Assembly (NCBI GenBank): GCA_044344255.1
Contig: JBIJDH010000033.1
Span: 1-58,101, forward strand
Source of the DNA: Myxococcota bacterium
GTDB taxonomy: Bacteria > Myxococcota_A > UBA796 > UBA2385
Length of the DNA stretch: 58,101 bases
Reading direction: 5' to 3'
The notes below the pieces were generated by a model. That model saw only the letters and a program-made list of their open reading frames with translations. It did not search any database and was not told the DNA's origin. Each line of letters opens with the position of its first letter. The first letter of the stretch is position 1. The position numbers and the translations under genes are program-made. Positions 37,696-46,394 of the stretch are shown here, in pieces.

Positions 37696-38949
37696 ATGAG
37701 AACGCGCCCCCTGGCTCACTTTCCCGCTGTCCTGCTCGCCCTCCTCGCCGCTGCGCCGGTCCAGGCGGCCTCGGTGCTGACATGGAGCAGCGCGAACTAC
37801 GAAAGCGGCGCCTCGGTGATCGGGGCCGACGGCTGGGAGGCCGGCTACAGCGGGGACGCCTGGTATGGCTACGACGTGGACTTCGGCGCCGGCGCCGTCA
37901 ACATGGTCTTCTCGACCTCCGATGACAACGGCGGCACCTTCGGGAGCGGCGAGGCGGCCGACAACTGGCTCGTCAACCGCAACATCGACGGGGGCGACAA
38001 CTACGTCGTCACCACCGCCTGGACCACCGACGACGACACGCTCGGCCTCGTCTTCAACATGGTCGATGAAGAGAACTACTACCTCTTTGCCCTGGCGGGC
38101 GGCGAGGCGGTGGGCGACGGCGCAGGGGCAGGCTCGAACCCCCTCGGCCTCACCGCGGTGTCGATGGTGCTCGTGCGCGTCGAGGGGGGGACGGCCACGG
38201 TGCTCGACACCGACTCGGCCTATTATCCCTACAACACCACCTTCAAGCTCGCAGCCGGAAAGAATAACGGGAGCATCTGGGGAAAGGTCTGGAATGACCC
38301 GGACGCCGCCTGGGCGGACACCGACGCCGCCCTGAGCGCGGCCGACAGTCGCGCCTTCGTGGGCGCCGCGGGCTTCTATGGCTACGACCAGGGCGGCGTG
38401 AACTCGGGGGACACCTACCTCGGCTTCGGCTCGGTCGCGGCCTACGCCTACGATGAAGACGCCGACGGCGTGATCGACGACGACGACAACTGCGAGACCA
38501 CCGCTAACGCCGATCAGGCCGACCTCGACGGCGACGGCCTCGGCTCGGCCTGCGATGATGACGAGTCGGGTGGTACGGACGGAGGCACCGACGGGGGCAC
38601 CGACGGGGGCACCGACGGCGGGACCGACGGGGGCACTGACGGGGGCACCGACGGGGGCACCGACGGGGGCACCGACAGCGGGACCGACGGCGGCGCGGAC
38701 GGCGGCGTCGACAGCGGGACCGACGGTGGCGCCGATGGGGGCTCGGACTCTGGCACCACGAGCGACACGGGCAGCGGCGATGACGGCGCTGGCTCAGGAG
38801 ACGATGGCTTCACGCCAGCGGCCCCCCCGGAGCGGAAGCCGGGTGAGCTCAGCACCTGCGGCTGTGACGGCACGGGCGGCGCGGCGGGCGGCCTGCTGTT
38901 CGCGGTGGGCTCGGTGCTGGCGCGGCGTCGGCGGGCGCAGCGCCGCTGA
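37696..38949 (+). CDS. Surface protein with thrombospondin type-3 repeat, GTDG linker and MYXO-CTERM
   Basis: Signal peptide; DEDADGVIDDDDNC...NADQADLDGDGLGSACD; (GGTD)n; TCGC + TM + RRRR. Confidence 0.85.
   Translation: MRTRPLAHFPAVLLALLAAAPVQAASVLTWSSANYESGASVIGADGWEAGYSGDAWYGYDVDFGAGAVNMVFSTSDDNGGTFGSGEAADNWLVNRNIDGGDNYVVTTAWTTDDDTLGLVFNMVDEENYYLFALAGGEAVGDGAGAGSNPLGLTAVSMVLVRVEGGTATVLDTDSAYYPYNTTFKLAAGKNNGSIWGKVWNDPDAAWADTDAALSAADSRAFVGAAGFYGYDQGGVNSGDTYLGFGSVAAYAYDEDADGVIDDDDNCETTANADQADLDGDGLGSACDDDESGGTDGGTDGGTDGGTDGGTDGGTDGGTDGGTDGGTDSGTDGGADGGVDSGTDGGADGGSDSGTTSDTGSGDDGAGSGDDGFTPAAPPERKPGELSTCGCDGTGGAAGGLLFAVGSVLARRRRAQRR
38569..38750 (+). repeat. 12-bp tandem repeat encoding GGTD
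   Basis: GG(G/C)GGCACCGAC-type units repeated more than ten times, degenerating towards the end. Confidence 0.9.
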
Positions 38950-39002
38950 GCGTACGGCGCTGTCCTCGGGACGACCCGGCTCGCCCGCGCTACGAGGGGC
39001 CC

Positions 39003-40031
39003 ATGCCGCCCCCGCCGCCGCAGACCCCGCCGCCACCGCCCCGGGCGCCGCCGAGCCCGGGGGATCTCGCCCGTTACCTCTTCTGGGTGCCCCTCCGCGG
39101 GCTGCTTGACCCTGCGCGGCCGGGCCCGATCCGGGCGCTGCGGGGCGCCTGGCGCCTCCAGCACGCAGGCGCGCGCGCGGGGCGGGCCCTGATGGAGGAC
39201 GAGCTGCGCCGCTGCTTCGGCGACCGCTACGGCGACGAGGGCTATGCCGCCATGGTCTCGGACGCCTATCGGGCGGCCTGGCGGGTGCACCTCGAGGAGC
39301 TGCTGCTCGGGAAGGTCGGGCCGGACACGGTGGGGCAATTCATCCGCTTCGAGGGGCTCGAGCACCTGCATCGGGCCCGGGAGCGGGGGAGGGGCGTGGT
39401 GTGGGTCTATCCCCACGCCGGCGCGGTCATGATGATGATGGCCGGCCTCTCGCACCAGGGCATCCCCTACACCCAATACGCCGCCCGCGGCCTGCCGCCG
39501 GCGGAGGTGGCGAAGGACCACCCCGAGCTCCTGGCCACCAACGGCCTGCGCGAGGCCGTTCGGAGGGCGCGGGAGGCCGACGAGGATCGGCTCCCGGCGC
39601 GCTTTCTCACCCTGGCGGACTCCCCGCGCGAGCTCTACCGGCGCCTCGCGGCCAATGAGCTGGTGGGCATCGCTTACGACGGGCGCATCGGCACGCGCTG
39701 GGCCCTCTTCGACTACCTCGGGCGGCGGGCGCTCCTGAGCCCGGGGCCCTATCGCCTCGCGGTCTCTACGAGTGCGGCCATCGTGCCCGCCTTCTGTACG
39801 ACCCCCGTGGACGGGCCTGCGGTCTGTCGGGTGGGCGCGCCGATCGAGCCCGGGAACGACTGGCGGGCGCTCGCGGAGGAGGTGCTCCGGGTGGAGCAGG
39901 ACTTCATCCGGCGGCACCCCGAGGAGTACGGCATCTGGCTGCTCCACGCCCGGCTGCGAAACCACATCGATGATCATCCGCTCTTCGTCGACCACGCCGT
40001 TGACGATCGGTGGAGGCGGTGGATGGAATGA
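39003..40031 (+). CDS. LpxL/HtrB-like lysophospholipid acyltransferase
   Basis: RFEGLEHL..A..RGRGVV, LVGIAYDG, FDYLGR.A, PYRLA....AAIVP, IRRHPEEY..W. Confidence 0.8.
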   Translation: MPPPPPQTPPPPPRAPPSPGDLARYLFWVPLRGLLDPARPGPIRALRGAWRLQHAGARAGRALMEDELRRCFGDRYGDEGYAAMVSDAYRAAWRVHLEELLLGKVGPDTVGQFIRFEGLEHLHRARERGRGVVWVYPHAGAVMMMMAGLSHQGIPYTQYAARGLPPAEVAKDHPELLATNGLREAVRRAREADEDRLPARFLTLADSPRELYRRLAANELVGIAYDGRIGTRWALFDYLGRRALLSPGPYRLAVSTSAAIVPAFCTTPVDGPAVCRVGAPIEPGNDWRALAEEVLRVEQDFIRRHPEEYGIWLLHARLRNHIDDHPLFVDHAVDDRWRRWME

Positions 40032-42286
40032 CACGCCTGCGGGGGCGAGCGCTCCCCTCCTTTTTGTCTTTGCTCCTGGCCTGTGGCTTGTCCGTGCTCC
40101 TGGCCTGTGGCGCCGAGGCGCCCCCCGAGCCCAGCCCGGCCGTGGAGGAGGCGACGGCGCGGGGGCCTGACATCCTGCTCGTCACCGTCGATACGCTGCG
40201 GGCCGATCGGGTGGGCGCGTACGGCGATCCCCTGGCCCACACGCCGGCCATCGACGCCCTCGCCGCGGAGGGGGTGCTCTTTCGAGAGTCCCACGGGGTC
40301 ACGCCGCTCACGCTGCCGAGCCACGCCTCGATCCTCACCGGCCTCTATCCCTCGCGTCACGGCCTCCGGGACAACGCGGGCTTCCGCCTGCCGGACACGG
40401 TGCCCACCCTGGCTGGAGCCCTGCAAGCGAGCGGGTACCACACCGGGGCCTTCGTGAGCGCCTTCGTGCTCGACGGGGCCTGGGGCCTCGACCGCGGCTT
40501 CGACGTCTATCGGGACCCCTTTCGGCCGGCCGACCTCGGAAAGGTGGGGTCCTTCGGCGAGGTGGAGCTTCCTGGCGCCGAGGTGGTCAACGCCGCCCTC
40601 GCCTGGTGGAGGGGCCAGCCCAAGGGCGAGCCGCGCTTTGTGTGGGTCCACCTCTATGACCCGCACGCGCCCTGGACGCCGCACCCCGAGTGGCCCGGAG
40701 ATCCCTATCGGTCGGAGGTGGCGTACGCCGACAGCCTCGTCGCGCGCCTCGTCGCGGCGGTGGGGAAGCAGACCCTGATCGTGCTCACCTCCGACCACGG
40801 CGAGGGCCTGTGGGAGGGCGGCGAGCGGCACCACGGCGTGCTCCTCGGCCGGGCGGCCACGCGGGTCCCGCTGATCATCCGGCCGCCCGGGGGCCTCTCG
40901 GGTCACTCCGCCGCCGCGGCGCGCAGCCTCCCCGCTCCGGAGCTCCGTCGGCCGGCCGGCGTGGACGAGGCGCTCGATCTGCAGCCGGTCCCCGACGCCC
41001 CCAAGGCCGCCCGGGTGGTGGAGCGGCCGGTGAGCGGGGTGGACATCGCCCCCACGCTGGCCGAGCTCGCCGGGGTCACGCTCGCGGGAGACGGGAGCTC
41101 CCTCCGCGCGTCGCTCGCGCCCGACGCGACCGAGGCCTGGAGCCGGGAGCCCGTCTACGCCGAGACCTTCTTCCCGGTCTTCCACCAGGGCTGGAGCCCC
41201 CTGTTCATGGCCCAGGGAGAGACGGAGCGGGTGGAGCTCGGCGCCCGCAGGGAGGCGGTGAGCTGGCAGAGCGGCGCGCCCGCCGCGGGCGCTGACCTCG
41301 ACGCGATCATCACCCGATGGAAGGGGGAGGCCGCCCCGACGCCGGGGCCGATCGAGGGGGACGTCGCCGAGCGCCTCGCCGCCCTCGGTTACATGACGGC
41401 CCCGCCTGCGCCGTCGGCCCAAACGGGCGCCGATCCCCGAGACAAGATCAGCCTGCTCGCTGAGATCGACGCGGCCACGGCCTCCGCGGACCTGCCAGCG
41501 GGCATCCGTTCGCTCCGGGCCCTCGTGGCACGAGAGCCTGACCTGGTCGACGCGCGCATCAGCCTGTCCCTGCTGCTGGCCGCGGCTGGAGACACAGCGG
41601 GCGCCCTGGAGGTGACGGAGGCGGTCTTGTCCCGCGCCCCCGATCATCCCACCGCCCTCGCCAACGCCGCCTTCCTCTCCCGCGCGCGGGGAGAGGGGGA
41701 GGCCGCGCTGCAGTATGCCCGCCGCATGGTGGCGCTGAACCCGAAGGACGCGCGCGGATATCGGCTCGTGGCCGCGGTGCTCGTCGATCGGGAGGACGCC
41801 GCCGGCGTCTTGGAGGCGACCCTGGCCGGGCTCGCGGCGGCCCCGGAGGACCCGAACCTTCAGTACCTCTGCGGCCTCGCCCTGGTCCAGACCGGAGACC
41901 CGGCCGCTGCGGTCGAGCACCTCGAGGCCGCGCGGCGTTACGGCACCCAGGCCACCGATGTTCCCCTCTGGCTGGGCCGGGCCTATGAGGGGGCCGGTGA
42001 GCTCGACAAGGCGAAGCGCGCTTTTGAAGAGGCCACCCGCAGCATGCAGGGCGACCTCAGGCCCTGGGCGATGGGCGGCGTCATGCTCGCCAAGGCCGAC
42101 CGCTGCGAGGAGGCCCTCTCCTTCTTGATCAACGCGGCGCGGCGCGGCGCTGCCCGTGACCCCGCCGTCCAGGAGTGGACCGCCACCTGCGAGGCTCGGC
42201 TGCAGCAGCAGAAGCTCGACCGCCTGAAGGCGACCAACCCCGCGCGCCCGGGGGGCCAGGCGCCGGTGCCCGGGTCAGAGCGTTAG
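40028..42286 (+). CDS. Sulfatase-like hydrolase/transferase lipoprotein with C-terminal TPRs
   Basis: LLVTVDTLRAD, TLPSHASILTG, WVHLYDPH, TSDHGEGL, LAALGY; TPR-like C-terminus. Confidence 0.9.
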   Translation: MTRLRGRALPSFLSLLLACGLSVLLACGAEAPPEPSPAVEEATARGPDILLVTVDTLRADRVGAYGDPLAHTPAIDALAAEGVLFRESHGVTPLTLPSHASILTGLYPSRHGLRDNAGFRLPDTVPTLAGALQASGYHTGAFVSAFVLDGAWGLDRGFDVYRDPFRPADLGKVGSFGEVELPGAEVVNAALAWWRGQPKGEPRFVWVHLYDPHAPWTPHPEWPGDPYRSEVAYADSLVARLVAAVGKQTLIVLTSDHGEGLWEGGERHHGVLLGRAATRVPLIIRPPGGLSGHSAAAARSLPAPELRRPAGVDEALDLQPVPDAPKAARVVERPVSGVDIAPTLAELAGVTLAGDGSSLRASLAPDATEAWSREPVYAETFFPVFHQGWSPLFMAQGETERVELGARREAVSWQSGAPAAGADLDAIITRWKGEAAPTPGPIEGDVAERLAALGYMTAPPAPSAQTGADPRDKISLLAEIDAATASADLPAGIRSLRALVAREPDLVDARISLSLLLAAAGDTAGALEVTEAVLSRAPDHPTALANAAFLSRARGEGEAALQYARRMVALNPKDARGYRLVAAVLVDREDAAGVLEATLAGLAAAPEDPNLQYLCGLALVQTGDPAAAVEHLEAARRYGTQATDVPLWLGRAYEGAGELDKAKRAFEEATRSMQGDLRPWAMGGVMLAKADRCEEALSFLINAARRGAARDPAVQEWTATCEARLQQQKLDRLKATNPARPGGQAPVPGSER

Positions 42287-42388
42287 GAGGCCCGCCAGCA
42301 CCGCCCCTCCGACGACCATCCCCGCGAAGAGGGTGCAGCCCCCCCTCGCGCCTCGGCGAAACTTCTTGAACCAGTCCCTGTCATTCAT
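42275..42388 (-). CDS. Small (37 aa) single-TM protein
   Basis: GGAGG-N5-ATG; MNDRDWFKKFRRGARGGCTLFAGMVVGGAVLAGLLTL. Confidence 0.55.
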   Translation of the reverse strand: MNDRDWFKKFRRGARGGCTLFAGMVVGGAVLAGLLTL

Positions 42389-42469
42389 GGTGACCTCCGC
42401 CCGACCTTGTAGCCTGGGCTCCTGGCGCGGCGCGGCGAACCAGGGGGCCATCGCCCCTGCGGCGCCCCG

Positions 42470-43639
42470 GTGAGCCGCGAGCTCCTCATCCTCGGCGGCG
42501 GCCTCGCGGGCGCCAGCGTGGCCTACTGGCTCGGCCGGGCCGGGCTCGGCGCCAAGGTGTGCCTGCTCGAGCAGGGTGGCGCAGCGGGGGCGGAGGCCTC
42601 GGCGCAGAACGCGGGGATGCTGCGGCGCTTCGTGCTCGATGAGGCCGAGCGGGCCCTCGTCTGCCGGGCCGCCGGACACCTCCGCACCCCGCCCGATGAG
42701 GTCTGGGACGGGATCCCGCTGCTGCGCGAGAGCGGAGGCGTGGTGGCCCTCGTCGGCCCGGAGCGGCTGGCGGCGCACCGCGCGACGGCGGCCGCGTTGC
42801 AGGCCCAGGGGGTCGAGGTGGAGTCGCTTGACCGCGCGCTCCCGCCCGCCCTCGAGGGGGCCGCGCTCTCCGGCGCCTGGCGCGTGCCGGGCGACGGGCT
42901 GGTCGACGCCCAGGCGATCGTGGATGGCTTCCTCCGGGCCGCCCGGCGAGACGGCGTGGCGGTGCGCCTGGGCGCGCGGGTCACCGGCCTCCGGGCGGAG
43001 CGGGGGCGGATCACCGGGGTCGAGCTCGGTGAGGAGGTGCTGTCCGCCGACGTCGTCGTGCTCGCCGGCGGGGCCTGGAGCGGCAACCTGGCCGCAGGCC
43101 TTGGCCTCGATCGGCCGCTCCGCCCCCTCGCCCGCCACCTGTTCCAGTCGGCGCCCCACCCTCACTCCTCCCCGGACCACCCCTGGTGCTGGCTCGATGA
43201 CGTCGGCCTGTACCTGCGCCCCGAGGCCGGGGGCTGGCTGTGCTCCCCCTGTGACGAGGCCCTCCGGCACCCCCCAGCGGGGCCGGGCTCGGCGGGGCCG
43301 GTCGATCCCTACGTGCGGGCCCTCGCGCAGGAGAAGCTCCACCGCCACCTCCCCGCGGTCGCAGGGCTCCGCCTCCGCGGCGGCTGGACGGGGCTCCGCA
43401 CCTTCAGCCCAGACCGGCGCCCCGTGCTCGGCCCCGACCCCGCGCTCTCGGGGCTCTGGTGGGCGGCGGGCCTCGGCGGCTTCGGGCTCAGCGCGGCCTT
43501 CGCCGTGGGAGAGCTCGTCGTGGCGCAGCTCCTCGGCGAGCCGCGGCCCTGGGTGGACGAGGTCGCCTTCGCGCCCGGGCGCCCCTTCCGCTCGGCCGAG
43601 GCGCCGGCGGCCCCAGCGGGTCACCCGACGCTCGGATAG
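42470..43639 (+). CDS. FAD-dependent oxidoreductase (DAO/sarcosine oxidase-like)
   Basis: ILGGGLAG, ASAQNAG, VLAGGAW, WTGLRTFSPDRRPVLG, GLGGFG. Confidence 0.9.
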   Translation: MSRELLILGGGLAGASVAYWLGRAGLGAKVCLLEQGGAAGAEASAQNAGMLRRFVLDEAERALVCRAAGHLRTPPDEVWDGIPLLRESGGVVALVGPERLAAHRATAAALQAQGVEVESLDRALPPALEGAALSGAWRVPGDGLVDAQAIVDGFLRAARRDGVAVRLGARVTGLRAERGRITGVELGEEVLSADVVVLAGGAWSGNLAAGLGLDRPLRPLARHLFQSAPHPHSSPDHPWCWLDDVGLYLRPEAGGWLCSPCDEALRHPPAGPGSAGPVDPYVRALAQEKLHRHLPAVAGLRLRGGWTGLRTFSPDRRPVLGPDPALSGLWWAAGLGGFGLSAAFAVGELVVAQLLGEPRPWVDEVAFAPGRPFRSAEAPAAPAGHPTLG

Positions 43640-43663
43640 GGTGCCGCCTCTCCGGGAGCCCCC

Positions 43664-44710
43664 ATGTCTTGCTGCTCGCCTCTGCCCCGCCTCGCGCTTC
43701 CCCTGGCGCGCGGGCTGCTGCCGCTCCTCGCCGCGCTTGCCGTGGGCTGCGACACCCTCGGCGGTGATGCGGTCGTAGACGGGGGGACCCCGGCCGCCTC
43801 CTTCATGCCGGTCGACGGGGACGGAGACGGTGTCTTGGACAAGGTGGACAATTGCCCTGCGGTCGCCAACGCCGACCAGGCCAACGCCGACCGCGACTCG
43901 GCGGGTGATCTCTGTGACAATTGCCCGAGTGACCAGAACGATCTGCAGACCGACGCGGACGCCGACGGGGTGGGCGATGACTGCCCCTGCGACGCCTGCG
44001 AGGAGGGCGCCTGGTGCCAGGCCGACGCAGCCGGGGCCGAGCGCTGTGTCGCGGACTGTGTCGAGGCCCGCCAGTGCGGCGGGGACACCTGCTGCCCCCT
44101 CGGCACCGCCTGCTCGGAGGACGGCGCCTGCCTCGTGCCCGATCTCGAGCTCGACCGGGAGAAGCTGATCGACTCGATGAAGCTCTCCACCTCGACCTTC
44201 GAGGCAGATGACTGCGCCATCGTCGAGGGCTGCGTCGCCGCGCCTGGGGAGCGGCGGCTGCTCCGCTTCGCCACCCGCACCGGGAACATCGGGGACGGAG
44301 ATCTGTACATGGGCAAGCCGGAGGAGAACCCGGAGCTCTTCACCTACAGTGACTGTCACCGGCACCATCACTTCGAGGGTTATGCCACCTACGAGCTCCT
44401 CGACGCGACGGGAACGGTCGTGCTCACCGGTCACAAGCAGGCCTTCTGCTTGATGGACTACGAGCGGTATGGAGAGGATGCCGGCCGCGCCCGATACAAC
44501 TGCAACAAGCAGGGGATCTCGGTGGACTGGGCCGACACCTACGACGCCTACCTCGACTGCCAGTGGGTGGACGTGACCGACGTGCCGGCCGGGGACTACC
44601 AGCTCCGCGTCTCGGTGAACCCGCTCCACATCTTCCCGGAGCTGTCGTATGAGAACAATGTCTCCACGGTCCCGGTGACGCTCAGCGACGCGCCGGCGGA
44701 GTCGCCCTGA
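43664..44710 (+). CDS. Lysyl oxidase-family lipoprotein with thrombospondin type-3 repeats
   Basis: AVGC lipobox; DGDGDGVLDKVDNCP; RRLLRF, CHRHHHF (Cu site), HKQAFCL, GISVDWADTY, CQWVDVTDV..GDY.LRVSVNP, E..YENN. Confidence 0.92.
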   Translation: MSCCSPLPRLALPLARGLLPLLAALAVGCDTLGGDAVVDGGTPAASFMPVDGDGDGVLDKVDNCPAVANADQANADRDSAGDLCDNCPSDQNDLQTDADADGVGDDCPCDACEEGAWCQADAAGAERCVADCVEARQCGGDTCCPLGTACSEDGACLVPDLELDREKLIDSMKLSTSTFEADDCAIVEGCVAAPGERRLLRFATRTGNIGDGDLYMGKPEENPELFTYSDCHRHHHFEGYATYELLDATGTVVLTGHKQAFCLMDYERYGEDAGRARYNCNKQGISVDWADTYDAYLDCQWVDVTDVPAGDYQLRVSVNPLHIFPELSYENNVSTVPVTLSDAPAESP

Positions 44711-46353
44711 TGGGGGGGGCCCCGCCGCTCGGCCCCCTCGCCCCCCTCCCCGGAGAGCTCCGCCGATCGCCCGCCGCGGCGCGGATCGGCGCGCTGGCGG
44801 AGGCCTCGGGCCTCGGGCTCGCCCACTTCGAGCACCGGGTCTACCTGCCCTTGCCGGCGGACTGGGAGCCGGTCGGGCGGCCGGACCTCGGGGTGGTCGA
44901 GGGCTGGCGGTCGGGCGTGCTCCCCGAGACGAAATTCCGGCACTTCCAGCTCGATCGGAGGATCGGGAGCTTCCACCCGGGTCAACAGCCGAAGTGGGGC
45001 GCGCATGAGCTCTGCCATGGGCTCGTGGGCTTCGGCTGGAAGGCCGGCGCGAGCCTGCTCTGGCTGGCGACGACCGCGCGGCTGGCGGAGCTGCTGCCCG
45101 TGGCCCTCTGGTACTTCTTCGACGAGGGCGGGCTCCGCCGCTGCGAGCGCCACGCCGACTGTGGCGCCCTCTTCGACGCCCACTGCCCGGACTGTGAGGA
45201 CCGCGCCCTCGAGGGGCCGAGCGGGGCCGATCCCGGGGAGGCCTACGCCGCCGGCCGGGCCTTCGTCACCCGGGAGCTCCAGGCCATCGAGCGCGGGCTC
45301 CGCCTCGGCCGGCCCGTCTCGGCTCGGTACGGGTCGATCGACCTCTCGAGCGACGGCCTCGCGTACGCCTCGGCGCACGGGGCACGGCTCCGCTCACCGG
45401 CCTTCGGGCGGGCGGTGGAGCTCTTCTACGGCCCCGATCGCGGACGGTTCACCCACATCGACGACCTCTCTGCGCGCGTGATGGAGCTGGTGGACCACAT
45501 CACCGGGGAGTCGGAGGCCCCCCCCTGGCGGGTGAGCCGGTGGGCCTGGGTGGCGCAAGACGTGGGCGTGCGCCTGCTCCAGGTGGCCGCGGAGTCGGAG
45601 GGGGAGGTCGCCGACGCCCTCGACGCCCTCGCGGTCGGCCTCTCCCGCGCGGAGGACGAGGCCGGCATGGGCGCGGTGATCGCGGGCTATGGCGCTCTGC
45701 ACGCGGACTACGAGCTGCCCGAGCCGGAGGCGCTCTTCGCGGTCGGCTACCCGCTCCCGGGAGCGGCGGAGGCCGAAGGCGAGCCGGTCGTGTGGGGGCG
45801 CTCGGTCGATCAGGTGCGGCAGGGCCTCGAGAGCGCCTGTCCGCGCAGCCTCGCCCGCCTGGGCGGTGAGGCGGCCGAGGTGGCCCTCGCCTTCGCGGAG
45901 CAGGACGCGCCCGATCGGCTGCCGATCGGGCGTCGATTCGCGGGCTACCTCGCCGCCCGCGCCCGCGAGGTGCCCGCGCTCGCCGAGCTGGCCGACCTCG
46001 CCCGCGTGGAGGCCGCCCTCTGCCACGCCCCGGCCCCCGACCCAGGCGAGCTCTGCCTCCGGGACGAGCCTGGGCGAGGCCTCCGGCTGGCCCGCGGGGT
46101 GGAGCGCCTCGAGGTCACGCATGACGTTGAGGCCGGCCTCAAGGGCAAGGCGCCCAAGCCGCTCCGGAGCCCGCGCCACTATGTGGCCGCACGGGAGGCG
46201 GAGGGTGAGGTCTCGCTCCTGCGCCTCAGCGCCGCCGCAGGGCAGGCTCTGGGCGCGCTGCCCGACACCGGCCCCTGGGATGGGCTGGCCGCGGCCGAGC
46301 GGGAGGGGCTGCGGTCGAGCGGGGTCGTGATCCCCGCCACCTGGACGGCGTAG
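44710..46353 (+). CDS. Hypothetical HExxH protein with a Cys cluster and a DUF2063-like C-terminus
   Basis: AHELCHGLVG; C-x5-C-x7-C-x2-C; C-terminal GRRFAGYL...LADLARVEAAL. Start overlaps the stop codon of the lysyl oxidase gene. Confidence 0.7.
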   Translation: MGGAPPLGPLAPLPGELRRSPAAARIGALAEASGLGLAHFEHRVYLPLPADWEPVGRPDLGVVEGWRSGVLPETKFRHFQLDRRIGSFHPGQQPKWGAHELCHGLVGFGWKAGASLLWLATTARLAELLPVALWYFFDEGGLRRCERHADCGALFDAHCPDCEDRALEGPSGADPGEAYAAGRAFVTRELQAIERGLRLGRPVSARYGSIDLSSDGLAYASAHGARLRSPAFGRAVELFYGPDRGRFTHIDDLSARVMELVDHITGESEAPPWRVSRWAWVAQDVGVRLLQVAAESEGEVADALDALAVGLSRAEDEAGMGAVIAGYGALHADYELPEPEALFAVGYPLPGAAEAEGEPVVWGRSVDQVRQGLESACPRSLARLGGEAAEVALAFAEQDAPDRLPIGRRFAGYLAARAREVPALAELADLARVEAALCHAPAPDPGELCLRDEPGRGLRLARGVERLEVTHDVEAGLKGKAPKPLRSPRHYVAAREAEGEVSLLRLSAAAGQALGALPDTGPWDGLAAAEREGLRSSGVVIPATWTA

Positions 46354-46394
46354 ACACCCTGGTCAGCCGCGGCGCGCTGGGGCATGCTCAGGGT

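Noticed and set aside
38569..38750. Tandem repeats as a possible CRISPR array
   Set aside because: In-frame 12-bp coding repeats with no spacers; no cas genes in the window.
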